Assembly: GCF_001194135.2 (NCBI RefSeq)
Contig: NC_068982.1
Coordinates: forward strand, 100,018,027 to 100,082,026
Direction: 5' to 3'
Length of the DNA stretch: 64,000 nucleotides
Origin: Octopus bimaculoides
Lineage: Eukaryota
Position numbers and translations under genes: made by a program. Shown here piece after piece: positions 63,399 through 64,000 of this stretch. Within the stretch, counting starts at the first letter, position 1, and each line of letters begins with the position of its first letter. The notes under the pieces are model-generated. The model worked only from the letters and a program-made list of their open reading frames with translations, did not search any database and had not been told where the DNA came from.

Positions 63399-63842
63399 AT
63401 CCGATAGTGTTTCTACAGCTGGATGCCCTTCCTAATGCCAGCCACTCTGTGTGTGTGTAGTGGGTGCTTTTTACGTGCTACCAGCACAGGGTCCAGAGGA
63501 GGATGGCAACGGCCACGATCAGTTGGTGCTTTTTATGTGCCACCGGCTCGAGGATCACAACTGCAATTTCCATTTGATTTTCATTTTGATGTTGATGTAC
63601 TTGACTCAATAGGTCTACTCAAGCATAGAATGTCACCCTATGATCCAAGGTACTTTTGAATGGGCTGGGGCTGGTTATGTGAAACTGGTGTAGGATACAG
63701 CTGTGAACTCACTTTATTTCCCCGGTCTTCACAGCCACAGCATATCTCCAGAGGTCTCAGTTTTTCGTCATTGCCTCTGTGAGGCCCAACATTTGAAGGC
63801 CATGCTTCACTGCCTCACTCCATGTCTTCCTGGGTCTACCTC
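63399..63842 (-). mobile_element. RTE LINE 3' UTR/C-terminal fragment
   Basis: TACAGCTGGATGCCCTTCCTAATGCC and CCATGTCTTCCTGGGTCTACCTCT motifs shared with 19833-20937. Confidence 0.8.
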
Positions 63843-63962
63843 TTTCTCTTTTTATGCATGCTCTAATAAGTATATTGTACTACACCTACTAATAACTAAT
63901 TCTGTTATAAGTATGTACATGCATATATACATGCATATGTGTATGTATATGTATATATGTAA

Positions 63963-64000
<38 letters not shown>

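Noticed and set aside
58465-64000. Expected upstream SLC23 exons
   Set aside because: I searched by eye and found no exon with compatible phase and sequence. They probably lie beyond the window or in the 62701-63398 gap.

Overview
AT-rich, microsatellite-dense, gapped animal genomic DNA. The repeat families look cephalopod, probably Octopus; this is inference, not a database result. One protein-coding gene is well supported: the 3' part of an SLC23/NAT (nucleobase-ascorbate transporter) gene on the minus strand. Seven exons from 58464 down to the stop at 41523 were reconstructed with GT-AG sites and consistent phases. Its 5' exons were not found in the window. The rest is mostly transposon debris: tRNA-headed SINEs, RTE and CR1-like LINE fragments, mariner/maT remnants, TTAA (piggyBac-type) MITEs, a Helitron-like element and Penelope-like pieces. 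The most interesting signal is a set of type I hammerhead-ribozyme motifs from several unrelated sequence families. Most sit in or next to (TA)n tracts and several form foldbacks or tandem pairs. They include a tandem pair 295 nt apart (36.8-37.2 kb) and a motif with a compensatory G3:C8 core swap (1.4 kb). A rearranged local duplication inside the SLC23 introns is also notable. Repeat boundaries are approximate unless TSDs are cited. No activity or expression can be shown from sequence alone.
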